Assembly: GCA_039096225.1 (NCBI GenBank)
Contig: JBBPEB010000014.1
Location: 1,984,001 to 2,048,000 of the forward strand
Length of the DNA stretch: 64,000 bases
Source of the DNA: Blastocystis sp. Blastoise
Taxonomy: Eukaryota > Protista > Bigyra: Opalinata
Direction: 5' to 3'
The notes below the pieces were generated by a model. That model was not told the DNA's origin. It was given only the letters and a program-made list of their open reading frames with translations, and ran no database searches. Positions 1 through 16,627 of this stretch are shown piece after piece (within the stretch, counting starts at the first letter, position 1; each line of letters starts with the position of its first letter). The position numbers and the translations under genes were made by a program.

Positions 1-280
1 AATGGATGATTAACAATCAGTAATATAGTTTTATTCTTAGACATTTCAAATATATTCTCTTTCTTAGCTGTTTGATATAACTGATAACCGTAATACATAG
101 GTGTCATCTGAACAGCTATATAATAATAATAATATACATATATATATATATATATATACAAGTCACTTTATAATCAAAAGTATAAAAATTAACATCAAAC
201 ATTTGTTTTACATTTCGAAACTCTTTATCTATATATATATATTTATAATAATAATCCTATAATATTAATATAGTATATTG

Positions 281-351
<71 letters not shown>

Positions 352-631
352 CAAAATATCTAAAAGTAACTAATGAATAAACGAGTGCTGTCAAGAGCCC
401 AAATCGAAGATTATATATACCATCATATGTAGGACTATATACAAATCCTGAATGATGACTGAATCGGTCTGGATCCAGCTGAATCTTCTTCCATTTCTCG
501 ATATTCTCTTGACATTTCTGTGGACAAATAGTATTACAATCCTTTTTATATCCCGTCTGTTCGATGTTTTTACATGAATAATAACTATCCTGACACGATA
601 ACCCAGTTAAGGAAGGATTGTTGAAACTATA

Positions 632-694
<63 letters not shown>

Positions 695-972
695 GATTAT
701 TATGATTATTATGATTATTATGATTATTATTATATAAACAAGAAAAAATAAAAGAATAACAATAATAATAATATATATATATATATACATAGATGTTCTA
801 GCTTTGATAATTTCTTTCTTATATTCATCAATCAAATCATTTATATTCCCCACCAAATCCTGTCGATATTTTCTATATATATAATATATATAATATATAT
901 AATATATATATACTTTTCTTCTTTATAAAATAATTTATTTTGTTTCCAGGGTTCATCAAATGATGGTGATTC

Positions 973-1008
<36 letters not shown>

Positions 1009-1935
1009 ATTAGCGTTATTAATAATGTTATATATTACAGTACTACTATTATCATAATTATAATACTATATATTATAATAAAACATTATATATATATATA
1101 TATACCGGGTAAATGATAATTGCTATCATTTTGGAGACGTGGAGTTTCATTATAAACAATATCTATAGTATCTATATGATTACCTATATATATATACATA
1201 TATAGATATACATTATATATATACATATATAGATATACATTATATAATATATATACGTCTAGATAATATAGATTGACGAACATAAGTGTTAGGTTCTAAA
1301 TCTATTTTATTGATATCAGAATCTTTCGTTTCTTTGATAATATATGCTACAAAAAAAAATATTACTATGAAATAAAAAAAAATTAAAAAATACTTTTTTC
1401 ATTTGAATCACTGGATTCTGAGTGTTTTGAGAAAGAAAAATATGTAGCTTTCGAATGCAAACTACTATGATCTGATTTAGCTAATTTTCGATACGATGAT
1501 GAATTTGAATTTGTAGTAATATTGAAAGATTCAGAAATTTCGGAAGTGACAGAACTATTTTTAGAAAGGTTTCTATTCACAGAAGTAGAATTTTTTGAAT
1601 TTTGAGATATAGTCACTGCTGATTCTACTCTTCCAAATAGAGATAATTCCGACGTAGTATTGTTTACTACATCTTCTGACCTAGAAGTGTCTTTATAGAT
1701 ATTAGATGATTTTAACTCTTGAGTTTTTTCCAAACTAAACAAAACAACTTCTTTACCAAAGTTCATATATATATCGTGATTTCTAGAATCATGCATTCCA
1801 GAATTGGCAAATGTCTATTAAAAAAATTTATGAGAATGAAAAAAGAAATACTAATGATATCGTTTTTACATAATACGAAATAAATTCGAGAGATGCAATA
1901 GATATTATCAACAGGATACAGCTTAATAAGTTCAT
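1..1935 (-). CDS. Multi-exon type II membrane protein, fucosyltransferase-like (GT37/GT11/GT23-type N-terminal motif); 3' part runs off the window
   Basis: ATG at 1935 gives MNLLSCILLIISIASLEFISYYVKTISL (signal-anchor). A GT-AG intron at 1815-1851 joins it in phase 0 to the Ser-rich stem ORF 1383-1796. A later exon (~350-627) encodes FVYSPTYDGIYNLRFGLLTALVYSLVTFRYF, resembling the YxxWxxxxGLGNRxLxxxSxxLYALLTxR motif of xyloglucan-type fucosyltransferases. Confidence 0.5.
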
Positions 1936-2459
1936 ATTAATTGCAAATGAAAAAGAAAACGAAACTGAAAATCTGATAAATTCTAAAAACCCATAAAATT
2001 GTAGTCCTTTTTTTTTTTAATTTTTAATTTTTTAGCTTAATTTTTATTGTTATTTTAAGTTATTTTATATAGAAACAATCAGGAAGATGTTTAATGAATC
2101 TTTAAAAAAGATATCAAAGTCAATATTCGTAGATTGTGAAATAAAAAAAGTGAATCGTTCTCTGTATATCAAACAAAATACAGTTATGAATTTCTGGAAT
2201 ATCTTTGGAAGTATTTTTTATTAATATATATGTGTTATACAATGAATTCAACATAATAAAAAAGAATAATTATTTTTAAAAAGTTATTTAATGAAGTAGG
2301 AACAAGAATATATACATAAAACTAAAAACATATTGTCAAAACATACTATTATCATGACGATAACATAAATAAAATGGATTGTATGTAATAAAATGATGGA
2401 AATAATGATAATTATCCAAGAATAAGAACGATACATAAATTTCAATTCTTTAATCTCGT

Positions 2460-5632
<3,173 letters not shown>

Positions 5633-5751
5633 CTTAGAGTTTAGTTTTTACCTAAATAGATCAAAATAAATGCTCTCTTTAAACAAAAAAGTAAGAAAAA
5701 AAAGACATTTACAACATCCAACTAAGTTTTTGTTGTTATCTACTTTTTATT

Positions 5752-5757
5752 CCCGTG
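5752..5757 (-). promoter_or_regulatory. Candidate promoter motif CACGGG upstream of TOM70 (also at 6470, 11905 and 52801)
   Basis: A rare GC-rich hexamer, in sense orientation 108-219 bp upstream of four start codons. Confidence 0.35.
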
Positions 5758-6622
5758 ATTCTTTATATGAAGTCACTAGAATAAGCTATGATTTTCATGT
5801 TATATAAAAACTAGGTTTTGTATCAGTTCATATTCACTTGAGCAACAGTTATTAATCTTTATAATACTTTTTTCTTCTTTGTCTGTATAGAGGTTATATT
5901 CTCAAGAGAAAAGAAATTCATTTTTTCAAAAAAGTTTATGGATGATAGAAATAGCTCATCGCCTTCTATTTTTTATTATATCATTTATATTATATTTATT
6001 CTAAATATGATTTTAAAGTTATTTTCTTTAAATTATCTGATTTATAATGGTCATATCATCTTTTTTATTACTCTGTTCTTACTCGAATATGCTCTATATA
6101 TGTCAGTAGTCGTTTTTATTCATGTGTCATATCATTCAATCACTTTATACTGCTTATATAAAAGAAGATTACTTTTCTTTTCATAGAATAATCATTGCTT
6201 CTCTAATATTATTCCATCACTTTTCTCCCTGATTTCATCAATTTTCATTTTAAAAAGGAATTAATAGAATACGAAAAAAATAATTTTCACTTTCATAATA
6301 GTCACTCTTATAATTCGTTTCCAACTAATGTTTTCCTTATTTTTCATTATTTAGAGGATACTTGAATAGAAATTAAATAAATAGAATATTAAGTATATAT
6401 TTACAGAGAGAAAGAATGATTTGGTTATTTTCGTAAAATAATACAACCCAAAAAAACTTGTTTAAAAACCACGGGGCTCAATAAAAATTCAACGTTCAAA
6501 ATGAAACATAATTTTGTGTTTGATTCATTGAAACAAAAAGAAAAAATATATATTTATTGATTGTATTCTATAAATATATTAAGATAATTGAAGAATACAA
6601 TAGAGAGTTGAATTGAGTCACT

Positions 6623-9107
6623 ATGGAAACTTTAGCCGATAATATAAGAGAAATTGCTTTAAAGGATTATAAGGCAGGTAAGGAGGCATTTGTTATTAAC
6701 AATACCACTCCTTCTGTATTTGAATGTGTTAGCGTAATCTACATGTGTTTACCTTATTATGTTCTTTATCAATATGTTTTTAATTTATGTATACAAAAGA
6801 ATGTAAGTATATCTTCTATATATCTTTCTTTATAATATTGATTATTATTTTTTTAATATTTATATTCAAATATATCTATATATTCAGTGGAAAATATTTG
6901 AAAAGACTACTTTTGCTAGAACTATGCTTTTTTTAATTGATTGTGTTTTCTTCATTATGACAAGTATTCTTTCTCAAGTTCTTCCTCAATGGCATATCAT
7001 TCTTGCTTCTATTGCTGTTATTCTTTCTTTCATTATTTCTGAATACTTAAGAAGGTATATATAATGTTTTTATTTTTATTTATATTTTATTATTATTATA
7101 ATATTATATATATATCTTCTTATAGAAATCCAGTCAATCCGGATGCACGTCTCTATGTGAATCAAAATAAAGATTTCCCTGATTGTTCCCCTAACGACAA
7201 AGTCAAAACCTATTTTACTATGTTTAGAGGAAATGTCATGGTTCTTACTGTAATTGCTATTATGGCTGTTGATTTCCCTATATTTCCACGTCGATTTGCT
7301 AAAACATTAGAATTTGGTAATAGTCTTGTATGTATATTATATATATGTTTATTATGTTTATGTTTATTCTGTTTATTATTATGTTTATATTTGTTATATA
7401 GGCATTATGATTATAATAATATAGTATTAATATTTTACTATTATATATATATATAGATGGATATGGGCGTAGGTATATTTGTTATTAATAGCGGAATGGT
7501 TGCCAGACAAATCAGAAGCAATAAACATGGTCTCAAAACTATATTAAATGCTCTTTCTTCTGTTTCTCCTCTTATTATTTTAGGTGTTGCTAGATTTATT
7601 ATGGTCCTCTGTATATATACATATATATACCCTACTTTATATTTATCTCTATTCCTATTATTTATTCTATTCTATATTTTTATTATTTATTACTATTCTA
7701 TATTCTATTCTATATTCTATTATATATTCCTATTATATATTCTATTATTTATTCTATTATATATTCCTATTATATATTCCTATATATAGTAACTGGTTAT
7801 CAACATATTGTTACAGAATACGGTGTTCATTGGAATTTCTTCTTCACTCTTGCTGCTGTTGCTATTTTCAGCGCTATATTTGCGGGAGTTATGACTACAA
7901 ATGTTCGTATTGTTGCATTTATGATTATTTCCATGGGAATTTATCAATTCTGGTTATTAAATGGAGGTACTGAGTATGTATATAGTATACTATTCTATAT
8001 ATTCATAAATTAAAGACAGATATACAATATAGTATATAATCTATATATATAATTATATAGATACTTACTCAGTGATGTTCGTACTAGTTATTTTGATATG
8101 AATAAGGAAGGAATCATGAGTTGTATTGGTATATTATTATATTTATTATATTTATTATATATGTTTATTATGTGTTTATTATATATATTTATTATATATT
8201 TATTATATATTTATTATTATATTTATTATTATGTTTATTATTATGTTTATTATAATATTAAATATACATATACTACCTTCTACTTTCCCTCTTTCTATTA
8301 TCCATATTCCCTAGGTTATTTCGCTATTTACAGTGGAGGTATTTTAATAGGTAAAGCATTCTTAAAGGAAAGAACTACTAGTCAATGGAATAGTTTCATG
8401 TATATATTATTATGCTCATATGTTTATTATTATTTATTTATTATTTATGTATTATTTATGTATTATTTTCTTACTTATTATTTATTATTTTTTATTCTTT
8501 ATGTATAATGTATTATCTATTATTCAAGTTTTTCTATATATATATATATCCTTCTATTCCTTCTATAGTAAGAAGTATATGCTTGTTATGGTCTTCTTAT
8601 GGGTTCTCAGCTCTCTTGTTAGTACTTATGTTCAACTCCCTTCTCGTAGAATCGTATATAGATTCATAATCATCATTATCATAATCATCATAATTATCAT
8701 AATAATCATCATAATCATAATAACTCTTCAATCCCTTGTTTATTTCCTCTCTCTCTATATATATATATAGGCTAATACTGCTTATGTCTTATTATGTATG
8801 GCTTGTGGAGGTACTTGTGTAGGTATAGGTCTTTATATTCATCTCAAATTGATATATATATATGTACCTGTCATTTATCAAAGTATTAACTACAATCAAC
8901 TCTTAATCTTCCTTGTTGCTAATATTATGACTGGCCTTATTAACTTTACTTTCAAAACATTATTCTTATCCTCTACTGAATCATTTATTGTTCTCACTCT
9001 GTATATATTTATATATTATATCTATATCTATATCTAGTTATACTCTCAGTATTGTATTACTTGGATATGTATTATATTATAAAAATATTAAAGTTAAGTT
9101 TTGGTAA
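6623..9107 (+). CDS. PIGW: GPI inositol acyltransferase PIG-W/GWT1, multi-exon
   Basis: Motifs KAGKEAFV, FRGNVMVLTVIAIMAVDFPIFPRRFAKTLEFGNSL/MDMGVGIFV, GYQHIVTEYGVHWNFFFTL, NKEGIMSCIGY, PSRRIAN and NQLLIFLVANIMTGLIN. C-terminus YKNIKVKFW* with the stop at 9105-9107. Confidence 0.95.
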
Positions 9108-9358
9108 GTAATAAAAAACTAATTAATCATTCATATTTTCAATCTTTTTAAATATCTTAATTGTTTAGTTATCCTTTTTTTTAAAGTATTGTTGCATTTA
9201 TAAATAGTTTTATATATATTCAGTTTTATTAAACAGTCCATATTTGTTTTTATTTAATCATTTTCCATTATATAGAGTAATAAAAACAAAAAAAAAGTAA
9301 ATAGTTTTATAAATATAATAGATCACATATATTTATCACAAAAAAAATCATAAAATAA

Positions 9359-9985
9359 TTAGCAACAAATAAAATTGTCAAAAGTAGATTCAAATCCACC
9401 AGTAATAGGAGAACAAGAATAAATACCAACTTGCATTTCACAATCAATAGGAATAGAAAGATGTCCCATTCTTAATTGAATCCATTTCTCACTTCCATAA
9501 GAACGATAATAAACTAAAAAGTCTTGTCCTTGACGCATGATCTTAAATTCTAAATCAACAATCTGTTCTGTAAAAGGTTGAGTAGCCCAATCAGAAAATC
9601 CATCATCAGTTACTACTGAACCTAAATTAAAAGGTTCATCAACTTCACCTTCAGCAGAAGTCTTAACCCAATGTTCACTATCATAATAAACTATTAATCC
9701 AGCTTGATCATATTGATTAGCAGGAACATAATGAACATGAGATTGAAGAGTAAAATCTCCTGATTTCTTCATAAATAAACAATGACCAGTATCTCTTCTA
9801 AAACCATAATGTGTTCTTTGCCAAAAATCAGTATCTGACTTAGAAGTCCATTTGATCTCAGTTTGACTTGACTTTATATCAATAGGCTCATTATAAAAAT
9901 AAAGTTCACCACTTTTATAGCATTGTTCAATATTAATTGGAGTAGAAGACACTAGAGAAATACAAGAGTAGGAACTACTAATCAT
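9359..9985 (-). CDS. DUF1349 / Ree1-like concanavalin-A-fold protein, intronless
   Basis: Motifs TDFWQRTHYGFRRDTGH, GDFT, QYDQAGL, WVKTSAE, LGSVVT..GFSDWAT and VGIYSCSP, characteristic of DUF1349. Confidence 0.85.
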   Translation of the reverse strand: MISSSYSCISLVSSTPINIEQCYKSGELYFYNEPIDIKSSQTEIKWTSKSDTDFWQRTHYGFRRDTGHCLFMKKSGDFTLQSHVHYVPANQYDQAGLIVYYDSEHWVKTSAEGEVDEPFNLGSVVTDDGFSDWATQPFTEQIVDLEFKIMRQGQDFLVYYRSYGSEKWIQLRMGHLSIPIDCEMQVGIYSCSPITGGFESTFDNFICC

Positions 9986-10838
9986 TTAACTCTATTCATA
10001 CTTTTTATCTATTTACTAATAAGTTCAAAACAGGTATTTATTTTAAAAAGTATATCTCATTTTAGATCAACTCTATAATCTTGAATACAATTTTTTTTTT
10101 AATTTTAAAACTTCCGTTTTTTTTTTTCAAATTTTTAGTTCAAAATTTAATATCATTCATGAATCTATTATATAGTGTATTCAAAATGCATATAAGTAAT
10201 ATATATTATTTGAATATCATATATTAATATATATATGAAATATTAATTAATGAAAAAAACAATAATCAGTTTATTTTTTTCAATTGTATTTATGTTGATT
10301 TAATTATATGAATTCATTTATATATGGCATTTCAATTGAGTGTTTCACCAAAGCATAACTATAATTGAATATATATATATATATAATTTATCTCTCTTTA
10401 CAAGTTTTATTTACATGAATTCTTATAAATATTATAAATACATTCATTTTGATAAATAAAATAATACAAAAAACACTGATAAATAACATAAAGCACAGTT
10501 TTGTTTCAATTTAAAAAAAAACTATTGTCAAAGAATTTAATAAATATTCTTTTTTGATTATCATACATAAAATTAATTATATTTACAATATGAAATCAAA
10601 TATAAATTTAAAAAAAAAGCATATGTAAATCAACAAACAAGAATTTACTTTCATAACATTCAATATATAAATATATATAGACTGTAAAAAAAAATAGAAA
10701 ATAGAAATATTTATTACAAATAATCAAAAGTTAAAATAAAGACATAATTGTACAAAGAGAAAAATAAAAAGTGATAGAATTAAATAAGACGATAATATAT
10801 TACATATCTTTAGAAAAGATAAATATTTATAACATGAA

Positions 10839-11166
10839 TTAATGTCTTGATATAGCTTCTAATCCAAACAATAAGAATTCAGCAAAAGAAATACTTCCAT
10901 CATGATTAATATCTAAATCTTTGAAATGTTGTTTATTGTCTTCTTCAGGGAATCTACAGTTTAAAAGAATTAGGAGACTTTTGAATTCTTCATAATCAAT
11001 TGAATTTGATTCGTCTTTATCTACGATTCTGAATGAATAGAAAATATTATCAAGCTAGAATAGATATGATTTAGAAACATATCAATATGATAGAAATGGA
11101 ATAAAGAAGAAGAAAAAGATAAAATACAATTTTATTATCAATTTGAGCATGAATAACAGAGTCCAT
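10839..11166 (-). CDS. Small two-EF-hand calcium-binding protein (84 aa), absent from the ORF track
   Basis: Exon 11166-11128 (MDSVIHAQIDNKI), GT-AG intron 11055-11127, exon 11054-10839 with loops DKDESNSIDYEE and DINHDGSISFAE. Confidence 0.85.
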
Positions 11167-12017
11167 TTTACTGATTGACTAATAGATGTATACAGTAAAG
11201 ATAATTAATATCTATAAAAGATGATTACGATAAATATAACCTAGAAAATAAGATAGATCAAAGATATTAGTTTCAGATTATTATAAGATTTGAAAATATA
11301 ATTTTTGACTGAGATTCTTGTTGAGAATCGTGGTTTTATATTAATAAGAAATAATCATGAAAAGAAATTATTTTAGAGAGAGAAAAATGAATAAAACTAG
11401 AAATTTCATTTTAATAGAAATAAGAATCTTCATAAAGAATAGAATTGGAGAACTCAATCCAACATTCGGTTGAGAGAATCACAAAACGAGAAATGCCAGA
11501 ATAATATGATGATGCTTCAGGAAAAAGAATGACAGAGGTAATGTCATCAATAAAAATTTGTGGTTGTTATTTTATAACAGAAATAGTTTCTAGAACTAGG
11601 CTAATCTAATATATGAGTAAGATTTAATAACTGTATCTAATTTAAAGTATCTATTTTTTTAAATGAGAAGTAGAGGGGCTTTTTTGGTTTTGAAAGCAAA
11701 AAAAAGACGAAGAGTTGACTACAAACATTACAATCAAAAATAGGCACAAATAATCATATATAATAGAATATTACGACCCATGATTAATATAAATAAACTT
11801 TATACAAACAACGAACACGAAAAATATAAAGAAAAATGAAAACCGTATTTAATGAACATTAAAAACATAACAAAATAATGACATTTTTTAAAAACGACAA
11901 TTTACACGGGAATAGCCCCAAAAGAGGAGAAAAAGATTCAATCCTTTTTGTGTTTTCAATGGTTTTATATAAAAAAATTATATTTATAAGGTTCATTAAA
12001 AATATTCATTCATTTTT

Positions 12018-12496
12018 ATGACATTGTACCCTGTTGCCTATAAACGGACGCTTAGGTTCTATAAACGAATTGAACGTTTCACAAAAGATTATTGTATATC
12101 ATCACAAATATTTTTGAATTAGTTTTAATTTTATTAATTTAATATTTGAATTTCTTGTATGCCTTATATCTATATATCATCTTTAGCACTCAAAGAATAT
12201 AATAATGTCAAAAAGAAGTGGTTACCTGATGAGATTTGTCGGTTGCGAAGAGCTGTTTTTCTTTTTGGGAAGAGTCAAATCAAAGCTATTTCAAGATGTA
12301 TCTATTTTTTAAAAAGTTTTAAATTTATTTTTAAATTTTTTTTTACTTCAGTTTTCTTAGTTCTGTTTTTATTGCTATTATTGATATTTATCAATTTATT
12401 TATTATTATATATATTTCAGATGTTCGAACGAGATCAGAAAGTGCCTGTATAAGTAGACTTAAAAGCATTATCACTGGTCAAGTTATAACAGTATT

Positions 12497-12591
<95 letters not shown>

Positions 12592-12646
12592 TAATAATTT
12601 TTCATTAAATAAATTTTTCAATGTATTTTATATATTATTATTTCCT

Positions 12647-12687
<41 letters not shown>

Positions 12688-13131
12688 AGCAATTTACATC
12701 AAAAGATGATAAAAAGATATTAGTATTATATAAAATATTTGCATCTAAGCACGATCGAAATATTTGGAAAACTATTGAGAAATATATGCCAGGTAGAAGT
12801 GCTAAACAAATAAAAGAACGTTTTAAAAATCATCTTGCTGTCTCTTCAGCGTATATATATAATTATATTTAAAATAATTATGTTTTAATAATTATTTTTT
12901 CTATTTTCTCTTCTTCATTATAATTATTCTTTTTTTATAATATTATAATATATTAATTATATTTATATAATATATCTATTCGTTTATTATTCTATTTGTT
13001 ATTTATATATATAGAGATTGGACACAAGAAGAATTATGCTACATATATAGATTAAAACGAACTGCTACTTTCTCTAAAATTGCACGAGTATCTATTATAC
13101 TTATTATTATATTTTTTATTGAATTATTATC

Positions 13132-13163
<32 letters not shown>

Positions 13164-15144
13164 GTCACTCGGTCGATCTCCTCATGACGTCAAACGAATC
13201 TTTCATCGAATTCGAAATGTATATAATTATTATTACTCCTCCTCTTCTTTCTATCCTTTTATCTATATAGATGGTCCCTGAAGGAGTATTTGATATTCAT
13301 CCCTATATTCCTCTTTCTCTCAAATTCCAGCAGTCTCATAGACGTCAATCAAATCCTGTGAAAAGACCTGATTTGATATGCTCTACAACGACACTTCGAG
13401 ATTTATCACCTTCTCCTGATCTTCTTTGTCCTGTTCCAAACTCTAAATATGCAGTATTCAATTCTATGGATAATCTTCAAAAAAATATGCAAAATCCTCT
13501 TTTCTATCCCTATCTCCCTCAAATGCCTCCTGAAATACCAGTAGAACCTATGTCAAATACTAGATCCTATCCTCTTCTAGATACATATATTAGTAATAAT
13601 AATAATAATAATAATTCTCAAGAAGAATCCATTTCTTCAGTACCTATTCCTTCTCTAAATACTCAACATAATCAAAAAGATCTCAATGCTTCCTCTATTA
13701 TATCTTCTAAAACATCCTTTGAACCACCTATTCCGCCTCCTATTGCTAATATTCATATGCAGAATAACCAAAAAACTTCAGAACATGAAATTTCTACGGG
13801 TGACACATGTCCTGTCATCTCTTCACAATCTCCTCTTCCTCTTCCTCTTTCTAATAAGAATATTAAAAATAATAAGAATATTAAAAATAATAAGAAGAAT
13901 AATAATAAGAATCTTAAGAATAGTACTAAATCAAAAATATCAAAACGAGAACCAGTGCAAAATCTACCTGATTCATCGACATCGAATAATAATAATTTGG
14001 TTAATAATAATAAAACGGTACTATCTACAAATATGAGTGAACAAGATATTCCTAGAGTGATATCTTCAATTACCAAGAAGTCAAATAGGTCATCAAAACT
14101 TGTTGAATCTACTTCAGAATCTGAGAAATCTTCTTATTCTGATGAAAATATTCCTTTCACTGCAGAACCTCGTACCAATAATATAATGCCTAACAACTCT
14201 TCGAACTATATATATACTACTACTCATGATTCTATTCCTAATCCATCTATATCTTCTACTCATCCTCATCCTCTATCTTCTTCTACTTCTTCTATTCTTC
14301 CTCCTCCTACCTATCCTATCTCTATTGATACTACAGAAATATCTAAAGATATAAATATACCACTTAATAAAATAGATCCTGCTACTTCAATACCCTTTAA
14401 AAATATAGATAAGAAATCTAGTACTATATCCTCATCTTCGTCACAAATAAATCATGTCATCTCCCCTCTTGACAATCAGTCTATCTTCACTATACCTACA
14501 CACTATAGGTCTACAGAGAATAGTCAATATACTCCTATTTCTTATAATCAAAAATCAACTTGTGAACCTGTAGCGATCAATAATAATTCTTCTTCTGAAT
14601 ATATATTATCAGCTAATAAAGAAATTGAACAGACATCGTCTATAGCAAATAGTATTCAACCTATAAAGAAATCTTCTTCATCAAAAATGAAACCATCATG
14701 TCCTTCTAACAATAATTTATCTAAGAAATCAACAGTAACAAAGAAACTAATTATAAAAGATAAACAGAAACCCAAGAGTAAGAAAGGAAAAACTATCAAA
14801 ATAAAGATTAATCATACAAATGAATCCATTCAAGATATTCCAGATATTATTGAAACATCTAATAAATGTGTATTAACTCTGCCCGAATCATCTTCTACTT
14901 CTATTTCAAAATCATATCCTGAACAACTTATCCTTTCGGATGGTACTATATATATTAAAAAAACAACATCTTCAAATATAATACCAACATCTATAGTTAA
15001 AGAAAAACAAAATACAAATTATTATTCTACAATATCAAAAGAAAGTCCAACTCGTAATTCGACGGTGGCTTCGTCATATAGTGCTTCATCTACTAAACAA
15101 CCCATTCATCATATTAATGAAGAAAATCCGAAAGTGCCAACAAT

Positions 15145-15221
<77 letters not shown>

Positions 15222-16627
15222 TTTCTTCATCATATACATTAAAACATCAAAATACATATCCTATTCAATATGAAACTTCTTCATCTTCTATTTCTTCTCT
15301 ATATTTTGATTCTTCTTCTTCTTCCTCTTCTCCTATTATACCACGAGAATCATTAAAACGAAAGTATTCATTTTCTCTTCCACCTCCTGAAATTCAAGCG
15401 AAGAACAAGAAAATTGCTCCCTTTTCTAAAAAGGCTATTTCACAAAATCCAAGTCCATCGAATTCTTTCTGTGTAGATAATATAGCTCCTTCTACTATAT
15501 ATACTCCTTCTTCTTTCTCCTTCTCTTCTCAACCTTCTTATTCTCCAGGTATTTATCCTTCTTCTACTCCTCTTCCTCCTCGACCTGTTCCTTACTCTGT
15601 ACCCTCTCTCCCTCAAGGAACACTCTCCAAACCCGCGGAAATCTCTGTAACTCATAATTCACCCAGTGTGACTCACTCCTCTCTAAATCCTACAATGAAT
15701 AAATTAATTTCTCCTTCCTATCCTATTACTTATAATAACACAATATTTCCCTCTCAACAAGTTGGACATCCCTCTATTCTCTCTAGACAAACAATCAATT
15801 CTAATACTTTTTTACCTTCACAAACCTCTTCTGTATCTTCTTCTCCTTATGATGTATATACATCTATACCTATTTCTCAATATACATCCATCGATATGGA
15901 TTCAGCTCATCATCCAATTCAACCTACATATATTACGGAATCCATCCCAAGAAATACGAATTCCATACCCTATAATGTCATGAATCCTTATGCTATTCAA
16001 GCTTCTATAGAGAATAATACAAACACTTATACTATTCCTCCTCCTCCTCCTCTTCCTCTTCCTGATAATACGTCTCCTTTAAATACACCTGTCTACTATT
16101 CTTACAATTCTTCTTATTCTTCTAGAGGTACGCAGAATGTATCTACGAATACTTCGTCATCTTCTAAACCTACTATCGTTTATATTGTACAATATCCATC
16201 AAATGAAACTACATCAAATTCACAATTAGTAGAATCTAAATATACTATAGTAGATCCTATAGAGAAACAGAGAGATATGAATGAGACTCTTAATTATGCA
16301 CAAACACTTGTTAATATGTCGATGAACAGAACACCTATACAATCAACATCAGAAAAGACTATAATACAACCCTCTATAGAACATCCTTATGATGGCGCTA
16401 TTTCAAATGGAGGGAATAATTGTATATTTAATATGCAACAGAGTTCTCATATCTCTGAGAAAACACAAATTACAAAACCAAATCATTCCTTTAATTCTAC
16501 TATTTCAACTACTCCCAACACTCAACTCTATTCAGATCGTGCTGAGCATGGCTTAGATTTATTAGCTAGTGCTATTTATGAAGTTGAAAATCGGGATAAA
16601 ATGAAGAAAAATAATCATTATTCTTAG
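12018..16627 (+). CDS. Myb/SANT-repeat transcription factor (three Myb-like repeats) with a long S/P/N-rich disordered tail
   Basis: Spliced exons give KKKWLPDEICRLRRAVFLFG..VRTRSESACISR, KQFTSKDDKKIL..WKTIEKYMPGRSAKQIKERFKNHL and WTQEELCYIYRLKRTATFSKIARSLGRSPHDVKRIF. These are followed by the 1118-aa terminal exon, which includes a poly-Asn tract at ~15151-15220. Confidence 0.8.

Noticed and set aside
13686-15983. Alternative-frame and antisense ORFs inside the Myb terminal exon
   Set aside because: Shadows of low-complexity coding sequence.
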